A stretch of 61,257 nucleotides of DNA from Coniocarpon cinnabarinum. Its lineage: Eukaryota. Position 1 is the stretch's first letter. Every line of letters begins with the position of its first letter. The position numbers and the translations under genes are program-made. The notes beneath the pieces are model-generated. The model saw only the letters and a program-made list of their open reading frames with translations. It was not told the DNA's origin and did no database searches. The DNA lies in NCBI GenBank assembly GCA_051942205.1, contig JAVECO010000143.1, positions 1 through 61,257 on the forward strand, in the 5' to 3' direction. Positions 49,405-60,752 of this stretch are shown one piece after another.

Positions 49405-50276
49405 GACGGCGTCAGGACCACGGCTTTTCTGCTCCAGCGACATGGCATATCCGGCGGCGCTCTCGCCGGCGCTCTCGCCGGAGAATGTAATGCTTTCGGA
49501 GCTCCAGGCGAAGCTCGCTAATCCGTTGTTCAATAGGCTTCATCACTAAGTCAAATACAATCATCAGATCGACTGAATTGCCGAATAACCTACTACCGCA
49601 CCGTTTTACAGGCGTTTTCAAACAATTGAGCGATCCAAAATATGGCCTGACTGCCTCGCGCGCGATCTCGATGACCTGAAGTGTGGCCTCAAGCGATTTA
49701 AGGAAGTTTCCAATCAACCATAGCCTGCATTATCCCTGTCTGTAAACAGCGAGCGGCATTGAGGCGCGGATATCGAAAGAGGCATCGCTCTGTTTCTTTT
49801 CGGGGACCATACTTCAATGGAGTGCATCGTCAGAAATCAGCTGTTGATTGGTACAAAAGTGGACACGAAAGGGCTAGAAGAAAGAACGAACCAACGAGCA
49901 GCATGACGTTGTGTTGTCTACCGTTGATATCTTTGCCTTCATAACAAGCCTCATGAAAGTCATTCGCATCACATCCGCCCGCGCGTCAATCTGCGGACGA
50001 CGCCAACGATTGGATAATGAACTGTTGAAGTGACTAACGGCGGCTGAACCATCTGAACTCAACGACGCAGCATCAGCCGTCAGGAATGAAAACAATAAGC
50101 ATTGCTAAATGCCGACTGTGATTATTTCGTTCCCTTCCTACGTGTGCGAGCGCGTAAGTCTGAGCAAAGAGGCCTTTCCATTGCATCTTCTAGGCTCGAT
50201 CGCTGGACAAACGACGGCGTCAGGACTACAGCTTTTCTATTCCAATGATATGGCATATCCGGCGGCGCTCTCGCTG
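49405..50276. repeat. Dispersed 64-bp direct repeat pair (49405-49468 and 50213-50276)
   Basis: Manual alignment gives 56/64 identity; all 8 differences are C->T or G->A in the second copy. Confidence 0.85.
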
Positions 50277-51090
50277 CAATGCCACATAACCCGGCTCCAG
50301 ATGAAGCGTCATCCCAATGGGCCTTGGCAAGATGACCAACGGTCGTCGCCAGATGGTCGCGCGCCTGTCTGACTCCGAGACGGATCAAGCAGCGACATTG
50401 TCGAACGCTGAATCCCACACCTCATTTGACCGTCATGGCGAATGTCAAGGATATGTGGGAAGAGGTCGGAGTGCATACTGCGATGGTGAATGAAGACATC
50501 TCGCTCCCGTCCAACACCGCCCGGGTCCTCTGCCCTTCGACTATCGTTGCTGTCTTTTCGTTGTTCTGGGGCACGCCTGTGCTCCTCCTCCCCTCCTTGG
50601 TATTTTGTGGGTGCCCGCCGGCTGGTCGTTTAAAGCAATTGTTAAGAAAGCCTAATCACCCAACCCGACCCTTCAAAATCCAGCAAATGTGATATCCATA
50701 TCCCACATATCATAAGATGACGCACACAGAGACTGCATTTGAATCATTTGGAAGAAAAAAAGAGTGCAACAACAAAGCAAAAATCGCATTCCAGACAGTC
50801 ATCCAAATGGCGATCTGAGTCCTCCTAACGGCGTGCCTTCCTTCAATATGGGTTTCCTGGCTTGGCCTCTTTCCGCTTTGGAAGGTAGCCCACATTTCTC
50901 GAAATACCTTCGCATCTTTCTTCAACCTTGATTCTCCACCTCGTGTCCATGCTTCACAATTTTCTTTATCAATACCGAAACCCTCGTCCATCCTCACCTT
51001 CACTTCAGTTCCTTGTCTAATCACGATAAAAAGACGCCGGCATGACCATCTCGCCTTCCAGGTCAAATTTGCCTCTAGCTCAAAGTGAGC

Positions 51091-51138
51091 CTCAAGGTCA
51101 ATCTCAAAGTCAATCTCATGGTCAATCTCGAGGTCAAG
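51091..51138. repeat. 12-bp minisatellite x4 (CTCaaGGTCAAT-like)
   Basis: ctcaaggtcaat/ctcaaagtcaat/ctcatggtcaat/ctcgaggtcaag. Confidence 0.7.
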
Positions 51139-51752
51139 TACCGACACCTCCGGCCTGGGGTCCTGCGTCTCAAGGTCAAATTCGTCCTTCGGCTTACAAA
51201 TCCGTACCGGCATCAGCATCTTCAGGTTTGTCCAGTTTTTCCTTCGTTACATATTTCCATGCTGTTCATGAATGAGTCTCCAAACTCTTAATGAAAGAGC
51301 ATCTGACGACTAGGGAACATCTGTCCCGGGACCGTTGAAATGGGGCCCTTTTATGCTTTGCAATCCGCGTTACGCGCTTCTCTGGCTGATTTGAATATTT
51401 CCGAGAAGCTGACAACCACATTGTTCTTCGAAAGGGGCCTGGCGATCCCTCTCCTACTGGATGGGCAGAAATCACGCAACGCAAAGGATGGAACAAAGGA
51501 TGGATGGGCGAGACCGGCACGTGAATCAAATACTGGATCGGATTACTCAGCAGGATCAATCTCCACCTTCACCTCCCACCGCCGTCGCCGCCGCCGCCGC
51601 CTCCCATCATCAAGTCCGTCAAAGCTCTCTCAAAGCTTGCACGGCTAGATTTGAAGCGTTTGTACTCCATCATCAGCATAAGGTATGTCCCACCTCCTCC
51701 AACAGGCCCCCTCCAGCAGCCCCTCTCCAACACCTAGCCTTCAAACATCTGC

Positions 51753-51906
51753 CCCTAGAAAATAATAACACGGTTTTGCTATGATAAGCACTTAGTTGCT
51801 TTATGCGAACATCACTTGCACCACATTTTCCCTAGAAAACAACGGCACTATTTTGCTATAATAAGCACTCAGTTGCTTTATGCAAACAACACTTGCACCA
51901 CATTTT
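51753..51906. repeat. 77-bp tandem duplication
   Basis: ccctagaaaa...gataagcacttagttgctttatgc...cacttgcaccacatttt occurs at 51753-51829 and 51830-51906 with substitutions. Confidence 0.85.
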
Positions 51907-52106
51907 CCCCCGGACCTTCAGGAAAGGGGGACTTCACTTCTTATGCGCTTCAGCGCCGCTTCAGCGCTTCTCCAGCTCACGTCTGAGAGAAGGTCCTAAG
52001 TCGAACGCCGCGATGCTCAAAATTATCAGCGAGCAGCTAGCTGAAAGATGAGTGAGCTGCACTGCCAACGCCCTTAAAATGGACACTCAACGTACGCCAG
52101 CATGGG

Positions 52107-54530
52107 TCAATCGAGCTTAGGGAAGATACCGTGGTCGTTGTTTTCCTTGAAGGGGTTCAATTTCAAACGAAAGCAATGTAGATAGGTTTGGACTGCCTCG
52201 ACAATCGTCAAGAAAATTTTGCATTGTGGGAATTGTTTGCTCAGGGATGTATTGCTGCAGCCAACGGGTTGAAATGTCGTGGGAAATCTCATCTCAGGAC
52301 TCAGCCAGTTCAGACTGGAAAATGAGCTGAAGATCTCAGGCAGGAATACGCGAGGCAACCTCGCAGAGGCGGATGGATCTTGAGCGAGATAAGACGATAG
52401 GAGAGTACCCGCCGTACTAGAATCTAGCATTCTAAACGTCGCAGAATATCTTCGCCGTCCTTCTTATAGTCTTGTGACTCGAGTTGTTCTTAAGGTAAAG
52501 GCTTGCCTTCTAGTCCGAAGTTTAGCAATAAGTTTCATTCTTGACCCTTGTAAATTGACTCTACGCCAGCCAGCGGTATAGTAACGCGCTGGTATCTTAC
52601 GGGAACGGCAAAAGACTCCTGTACCATATCTGCAATAGCTACGACCCTACACTTACACTTTGTAGGAATCAAACGTCAAGATCCAAGATGAAAGTAGTTC
52701 ATGAAACATAATTCAATGCTTTGTGAGATCAAGAGCTATTCCTGGGCAAGGCCATGGCTTTTGAGGACTTACATATGCTCCTACTAGCCAATGAACTGCT
52801 ATTGAACGATGCACGATGAACGATGCTTTTTTCTTGTGAATAAGTACCTTGAATGCAACGCTAGCCTCCGACCCAAAAATTTAGCTTCTGGGACTTCTGA
52901 GAGTGAGATCATTGACCGAAGGGCAACCCAAACGAAAATCGATGTCGAAGGAAGCACAAATGTTAGTTTTCGCACCTTTCAACCGCTTAGCGTAACGGCG
53001 GACGCCTGGCCGGCCTCGCGAAGCCTTAAATATGTGAAGAAAAGTACTGTTGCCCCAGATTCTCGCATTGACGGGATCAGAAATCATGGCGCAAATACTA
53101 CAGCATAGATGTTACGCCATATTTCTACGTTTCTAGGACTTGGTTGAATTTCTTAACTTCGAAGAGGATTTTTACCCAGAATAACGAGTGAGTCTCTACT
53201 CGAGTCATTTGATTGTTTGATTGCTTCAGAAGATATCGAAGGGAAGATATTGAAGCGATCTCTTTCGCAAGATGTATAGCATAATAGAAACGTTTTGGGC
53301 ACGGATTTCTGGGTTCCAATCCAGTTTCATGGCTTTGGAGTGAGATTTTGAAGGAAATGGTACATACTAAACTCCTGTGCTTATTTGATGAACCGTGAGA
53401 CTGGGGAGGATCTGGAATGGCGTGTTTCGACTTTATCAGCTTAAGTGTACTTGAGAAGTCCGAGGGATCACCTACTTTGCATAAATTACATCGAGCCCAG
53501 GCATCCTCCAAGTCTTTAAGCTTGAGTAGTGTGAGTGGGTATGACTGCGGCGACCTAAGCGTTGTAGGCCTTATTCTCTAAGCCTCGGATTTGACGTTGC
53601 GAGGATGTATTTTTTTGCTGCATCGATACGCGTGTACGGCGTAAAGTTCCAGGGATTTTCGTAGCGCACTAACGAGTGTGAACGACGACCTTTCGTACAC
53701 CCCACTATGTCGACCAGAATGTCTGCCGATGCCGAATTGTTGGTTGGAATCTAAGTATCAAACAACGTCAATCTCCTGTCACTTGATCGCTTTATTAACT
53801 CTGCTTTGCGAAGCAGAAGACTTCTCGGGCTATCCAGGTGGCTTCAAAGTCAAGCCGAGGATTTTGAAGGCACAGCTTTAAGCAGTTATAGATAATACTG
53901 CATCCTTAGGCTTGGGTGGGTATGGCCGTAGTACTCCAGATGTTATAGCCCTAATTTTCTAGCACTGAGTTCTCGATGCTGAGTGCCAGACGGTCCTTCT
54001 ACTGACATTCCGAATATTCCCAGGCTGGACTCTGAAGACTCACATGCAATACCGGAAAGTAGGACCATTCCTCAAACACCCATCAAAGTACCAAACGGCA
54101 ACGCAAACCATTTTGTATTTGTGCTCGTCGCTGAAGCAATCTTTTCGGGCAGAAGAACGAATATAGCCCAATCACCACGCGTCCTTGCTTGCCAGCTTCT
54201 CGCTTGGAAGGTTCAGTATATCTTTGGGCGCGCCGTCTGTGTAACACGCCAGATCTCTGGCGCATCGATTAGCACACTTGGAAGATACAGCATCAGCGTA
54301 AATCAAATTCTCTTTAGTACTTACCCCCAAAACAATACAGTGCTTCGAAAGGCGCAGGAGTCTTTAGCCGGTAAGTTCTTTGCCATATGGCCTAAAATGC
54401 CATAATGCTTGGAGCTCGAGCTGGACTGGTGCACTTTTTGAACGAATCTGGAATCCTTGAGTGTAGCGAACGTAGATTGTATGCTAAAACGTTGAGACTA
54501 CTTGCCTTTAGTGTCATTTCTGGGCTTCAT
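52107..54530 (-). pseudogene. Decayed spliced gene(s) of unknown family
   Basis: ATG at 54530 in a GCCATG context and an in-phase intron at ~54324-54257 (GTAAGT..GCTAAT..CAG). The frame is interrupted by TAG/TGA, and fragmentary ORFs continue to 52107. The 3' extent is uncertain. Confidence 0.35.
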
Positions 54531-56658
54531 GGCGAAGTCGGTGATGCAATATGATTTTCAGTGCAATGACGGAGGCGTGGGGAGGATTGTGCGGCAGTTG
54601 AGGCGACAACGAAGGCAACGGAGCACGAGATCGGAAGGGAAAGTTCGAGTCTGCGGCAGCAGTCAAGTCAGCAGTAGAACTCGTGCTGGAGCCTTTTGAC
54701 TTACAGCGCGGTTTTGGCTGAATTGGAGATTTAATTCATAGTTCCGACTTGAATAAAAGGGTGGCAAAGGATGGTGTTGCGTGGATGCGTGTCTCTCGAA
54801 TGGGTGATGCTCTCTGGTAATCGCTCTCTGGTGATCACTGGCATAATTACCCAGCGATAATACAAACGCTGCGCTTTGCCGGAATGACTTCTCGGAGTTC
54901 TGCGAGAGAGTGTGCGGCGTGCATTGTGGATTCATAGTCGCTTATTGTCATTGGGCCCGAAAGGGCATGTTGTGTTGAGTTCGAGTATCAGCCTTCATCA
55001 GCAAAAACTCAGCAATGGATCAGCTTGACGGTTGATCAACGTCGATTGCTGAATTAGCGAACCAGGCCCAGTTGTGCTTCCACGCATTTCGACTAAGGAA
55101 AAGGAAACTGGGTGGACTTGTGGTAAGTAGCAGGTCCCAGCCACAGAAGCGCTTCTGCGAACAGCGAGACTGACGACTATATAGGACGCGCTACCGTTAC
55201 TCGGTCTCCCACATTACGACGCGATCCTCAAGTATCCCTCACAGAGCGCGTTGCTATCACTTCCAGGCGACGACTCAGCTGTCTCGCAGGGCAACCTCCT
55301 TCACGGCGTCTCATCCAAGTGCAGACTGCATTCGCCTTGGTTTCACTCCCGAGCTTTCCCCAAAGATTACACTCGGAACGACGGCGCCCACGGGAAACAA
55401 GCCAAAAGAGAGACATACATCGTTCGCTGGGCAACAGATGAATCTCGCCCAGTCACAACGAAAGAGCTGTTGCAAAGAAATGGCAAGCTTAGAGCTTGAG
55501 ACCTGGCCTCAGAACTTGCCTCAGAGATTAGCACGCTTCCAGCGGGAGACGAAGCAACAGTATACATACACTTCTGGCAAGCGCGGTGGTTCTGGTCACA
55601 TAATGATCTGCGAGATTGACGCCCTTATAGTCATACTTCAGGCCAACAACCATAGGAGCACATGGAACTGCGGCACAGCCCTCACAGCTGAGAACCCTCT
55701 TGCTCGACAAGCAGGCGACTCGTTCATGGCAGACCGTCCATACATGCATTTATTCTTCTCCGCCATCCTTGTTACGTCATCATCGCATTCTATACTCTTC
55801 GCTGGTCGCTGGTATGAGTGGTGAAGTCGAAGAAGGAGTCGTTGAATACATTTCTGTGATGGGTCATTCATGCGCGGATATGCAGTCGTCGGAAGGCAGT
55901 CTTCGATTGGAGAAGAATGGAGCTGAGATTAGAGCTGAAGGATGAGTAAGCTGTGCAGCCAGCGCCGTCAAATCGAAGACATGACTCACATCACCATGCA
56001 GGGATTGAGCTCGCTGCTGATCGCAAGCTCAGATGAGACCGCACGAGCGTTGTTCTATCGAAAGCACTCAACTTCAAACGAAAGCGATCTGGACGCTTCG
56101 GGACACCTTGGAAAACCACAACGGGCACTTCGCAACCAACATCTCGCTTAACACTGCTTGTCAGATGATCACTGGCTCTCGCTGAGACCCTCGTCGCACA
56201 ACTTAACCAGTTCAAACCCGGCGGGCCGGCGGAGACACGCAAGGCAGGCTTGAGGACGCTGGTGATGCAGACAGACATAGCGAAATCATGAGGCGCAAGG
56301 AGTGAGTAGAGAGCAGCCTCATGCATGGCAGGGAAGACGTGCTGCGCCGTGTAAAGTACAGAAATGTACTTGAGCAAATTCTGTGATGTGCAGATTAATG
56401 CGCATCAGGCAAAAGTACTTTTGCCACAATGCTGTTCATTCATCACTTTACAAGGATTGTGGTATCTTCACCATCCTGCTCATCGATTTGAACACCTAAA
56501 TGTCCTTGCTTCCAAAGCCTGTGGCTCAGATGGGGCTAGCGCGACTGGCACGAATATTCACATCTCGATTTTGATAGTAGTGCGGCGCATTTGGATCATT
56601 TATTCATTTTTCAATGCATCATGTTGTTGTTTGGCTGCCCAAACTTGATGACTGGCTC

Positions 56659-56910
56659 ATCCGCGACTCCCTCAACTTCATCCCACAGGTTTCCGTGATG
56701 GGCGCCTATTTCAACTCCTACCAAGCAGCCAAACTTTCTCACACGCCGTGGACGGTGGCCTCAGTCAGCTTTTCAAGCACTCAAAGGCCACAGGCTTTCA
56801 GATGGTGGTCTTCAATCGCATTATCCGCAACTCCCTCAACTTCATCCCACAGGTTCCTGCGATGGGCGCCTATTTCAACTTTCAACCAACCAAACATTCT
56901 TCTCACACGC
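56659..56910. repeat. ~60-90-bp direct repeat, 164-bp period
   Basis: atccgcRactccctcaacttcatcccacaggtt...gatgggcgcctatttcaact...ttctcacacgc at 56659 and 56823. Confidence 0.8.
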
Positions 56911-57366
56911 TTCCCAGCGACATACTCCATCATTCGCAAGTGCCCAAATCATGCGCTAGCTGACAAGATGGCGACCATGTTCTCCATCAGCGAATTCGAA
57001 ATCAAAATCAAAGCTGGCTAGCGTATTTTGTTCAGGTCTCGACCAAGGAAGCGCACCTGCCTCCGACGAGTCGGTACTCTGCCCTGACGCTCCTTCTCAA
57101 TACACCCGCAGACCCAGGCTATCCACCCTTCAATACACTTCTAGTCGCTCCTCGAAGACCTCTTCATCTGTTCTCATTTCTGCACGCTCCTCGAGTCTAC
57201 CTTTCCATTCCTCCAGCCTCGCCACCTATGTCAACGTCCCTGTCATTCATTCCCTCATCCTTTCTCTAAAATCTGTGCAACATTTCTCACCATAATTGCC
57301 CATGTGCTCGGGCTCTTTTCCGCGTCACGCTGGCTCTTGTAAATCAACAAGTCCACAACAGCAATC

Positions 57367-60300
57367 ATGAGGCCTCAAAGTCGACCATCATTCAACCTCA
57401 GGTAAGTTCGGTGGCCTGATAGCAATCAATCGAACCAAATTTCCAACTTTATTTCCCCATCTTTCCGTTTCCAACACCGAGATCGAGAAGGAACTTTGTG
57501 CTGATGCTCGTTTGGCTAGTCAAGCTATCTCATCCACCATAGCTCAAGCAGCCTCACCCGACCAGCACCAGCCAGTGACTGATGCCTCTAGGAGCAACGA
57601 AGACACCCCGGCTACCACTGGATCCAGTGTAAGTTGGACTAAATTTGTGCATCATGATGTGCTCTTGAGCTGACCAGAGTCTCAGGATAACATCGCAAAC
57701 GTCCCTAAGCCCTCTCAGCCTCGTCGCTTGTCTGAAGAAACTCTGCGAGGATCCGGCACGGTAGCCAAACGTCCTAGACCCGAAGAAGATCAACGCCCAT
57801 GGCTCGCTCCACAAGGCATCTCTGCCGCCGCTTAGGAGCTCCACGATGCGGCCAAAAGAGCAGGATTGGTGTTAGCACACATCCAATCTTAAGATCAGCA
57901 TGACGCATGGCAGAAGCTTCTGCGGACCTTTGCTGCTCGCCCGGAAGACGCCAGCACAGACATGTTGATCAAGCAAGTCGTGGACAAATCTCGTGGACAT
58001 TGCCTTAGGACCAAGCTAAAGATTCCCGTCGGCCGTGAATCCTATCGGTGCCTGGACCTGACCGATCTAGCTTCTGTTCGTCAACACCAGTGGATGACGG
58101 ACAAGGTACTGACCATCATGGCGGACGACATCTCGGCAAAAAGCACCACCGACGGTATCATTGATCCTAACGCGACCCAACTTCTACTGCCACCACCAGA
58201 GCAACTCAGTTAGACTGTTGCGGACATGGCAGAGAAGATACGACCAGAAACGAGGCGCGTATTTTTCATCCGCAATGTGGGCAACGCCCACTGGGTTCTG
58301 TGGGTTCTCTCAATTGATCACAGTCGATCTGCTGTTGATGCGTTTTACTACAACTGTCGAACCTTCCGTCCCAAGCAGCAGGAGAAGGCGCAGTGGCAAA
58401 CCGAGGTCACTCAGTTGGAAGAACTGGTTCGACAGATCAAGATGCTGAACCCGCTGCTCCAAAGCTACACTCTTCACAAGCCCCAAGCAGTCCTCGGGCT
58501 CCCCAAAGACAATAGCAGTAATGACTGTGGCGCACATGTTCTGACGTATCTGAAGTTGGCTCATGAAGACAAGGATGGGCAGCATTGGCCGAGCGCTGCA
58601 ATGAGTGGAAAGCGGCACGTCTTGTTCGGGACCATTAAAGATCGTGCGCAGCAAATGCGCGATGAGGTTTTGAGGTCGATTCTCACTGCCCTGTCATCAT
58701 CGCCGTCCTCCCCGCCCGATCCCACAACACATCAGCCTCTGCCTGGGCGCTGTGAACAACCTGATCAATCTCTCGATGTCGCCGCAAAGTCACGTGCAAG
58801 TGCAGGTCATCCACAGCCCCCTAAGTCATTCAAGCAACCAGATGTACCACTCAGCAAGGCGGCGAAACGGGATGTTCCACCCGCGTCGCAGACATCTCGA
58901 TACAGCAGTGTGCTGCCCTTCTCTCAAGCCGAATTCAGACCGTCGGCATCTGCCTGTGACTCTCGTTCCCACCGGAGTGATGCGGGTTCCGAAGATGACG
59001 GTGACGATGCGGAACTGGATGACTCTGATGATGAGATCATCGGGTACGCACAGAAACAAAGGCAAGCGAGTCAATTGCAAACGCCCAAGCCTGCCTTTCA
59101 GATCTTCCAGATTCATGACACCAGGCTTAAGATCAACGCATCTCGCACGGGCAGCCGCGACGATGTGGCCAGCAATGGTGGCCTTCGGTCCAGTCGCTCT
59201 ACACGATTTTATCAAAAGATGCTCGTCACTCTCGTCCAGCAATCTCCAGCAGTACAGCAGACCAACGACACCCCTTGCTTTCTGTGCTGTACCTTGAGGA
59301 CCGCCATGCCCAATGTCGTATGTACGGGCGGCACACCTTGTCTGAATGCAATCCTCATGGTGAAATCCCATATCGCCGTGCCCGCTGACGTCGCCGCAAC
59401 TCTTCGAGATGAAGATGATGGTGTGCCTTGTGTTGCTTGCGCGTTGGCAGGAGACTGGACATGTCGCATCTACGCGGTTGACCTGCACGCGATGTCTGAA
59501 ACGTCAACACCTTGCACCCCCTCTGGGGCCAACCTCGACACATCCGACTCAAGTGAGCGCCATTCTCCATGCTGCGTCTCGATGCTTCATCCGGCCATTC
59601 CTGCCGAGTTGCTTGACCAAGTCCCGCTCTCCGACTACCCCACGGTCTCGTACAAGACGATCAAGGACGACCAAGGTACTACCTATCTCGACACAGTGTG
59701 CCCGCTTTCCTTCGAGACGGAATCGCAACTCAAACATCATGCGCAGATGCATGCTTTTGGTATGGAGCAGTCTTGCTTGAACTGCTGGACACAGTTACCA
59801 TCGTGGGCCTCATCTCAGCAGCATTTCACGCCAAACCCGTCGAGCACCAAGAAGCATCCGTGTGACCCTCTGCGCAGGAATCTGGATTTCCCGGGACAGC
59901 GTGTGGAGCCTGAGTCGTATACTCTGCCCACGGGTTGGGGTCGCCGTCTGGATGACTTCAGGTCATCCGCCGAGCCCGTGGAAGCTCAGTCGTCGCAGAC
60001 ACCATCGTCCATGTCGCGCTTCAACTGGGATGACTACAACCTGGTTGTCGTCGTCACCCGATTCTCAAGCGGCTCCAACGCCGCGTGCCTGTCTCGAGAC
60101 GATGTTTTCCGCTCACTCAAGATCCAGCTGACTCAGCGTCTGCGTATGCCTCACACCGTTGCTGTCGTGCCCGTGGTTTGCAGGGCAAGATCGTGGTCCA
60201 CCGTGCCCGTCCTCGACACCATTGAGGCCATTCGCGACTCCCTTCGCGGCAACGTCAGTCTCCGAGGCGTTCTGGTGGTCGTCCGTGGACTGGATGGGTG

Positions 60301-60752
60301 GTCCACGAACAGTCTGGCTCCTCGGCTGCTGTCGGCGTGGTTGCCGCCCGACTGCCAGGTGGACCTATTGATCTACCACAATCCCCGCATGAATCTCAAG
60401 ACCAGGCTGCCGGGCTTTGTCAACTACACGGGTATGCTCGCGGATGACGAGGACGCCAGGTGGCTGCTGGTTTCCATGTCAGCGCTGGCGGTCCACTCAG
60501 TGCACAAGAAGTGTGACATGCAACAATCGCAGATAGACCAGAATCGGCGCAGGACAGGGATGAGTAAGCGGGAAGTGGGCATGCGCAGTATCGTCGCGCA
60601 GGCGGTTATGGACTTGTGGATCGTGATCAGCCACAGCAAACGGCCGTGGGGTGAAGAGAAGCAGTCGGAGAAGTGGGTCTATGCGTTCTTTGCGGGCACT
60701 AATCGTAACGCCCTCGAGTGATGAGATGCTAACACAGGATTTTAGGTAGATA
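57367..60752 (+). pseudogene. Telomere-linked multidomain gene (Ulp1/C48-like peptidase, Cys/His Zn modules, putative serine-recombinase-like domain) with three in-frame stops
   Basis: Exons 57367-57401, 57520-57628 and 57686-60672 join in phase. Stops are TAG 57833, TAA 57890 and TAG 58211. Motifs are WMTD, NAHWVL and NDCGAHVL. A probable last intron lies at 60673-60737. Confidence 0.65.

Noticed and set aside
52640..52800. 'HWLV...WILTFDS' on the minus strand, reminiscent of a second Ulp-type protease
   Set aside because: No downstream QxNxxDCG-like Cys motif found and the frame has multiple stops; insufficient support.
49405..56910. CRISPR-like interpretation of the subtelomeric direct repeats
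   Set aside because: Only two copies of each, no spacer periodicity, and a eukaryotic context.
57367..60721. Telomere-linked RecQ helicase, MoTeR-like retrotransposon or Starship captain as the identity of the terminal gene
   Set aside because: No Walker A/DExH motifs, no RT (YxDD) domain and no recognizable tyrosine-recombinase R-H-R-H-Y pattern.
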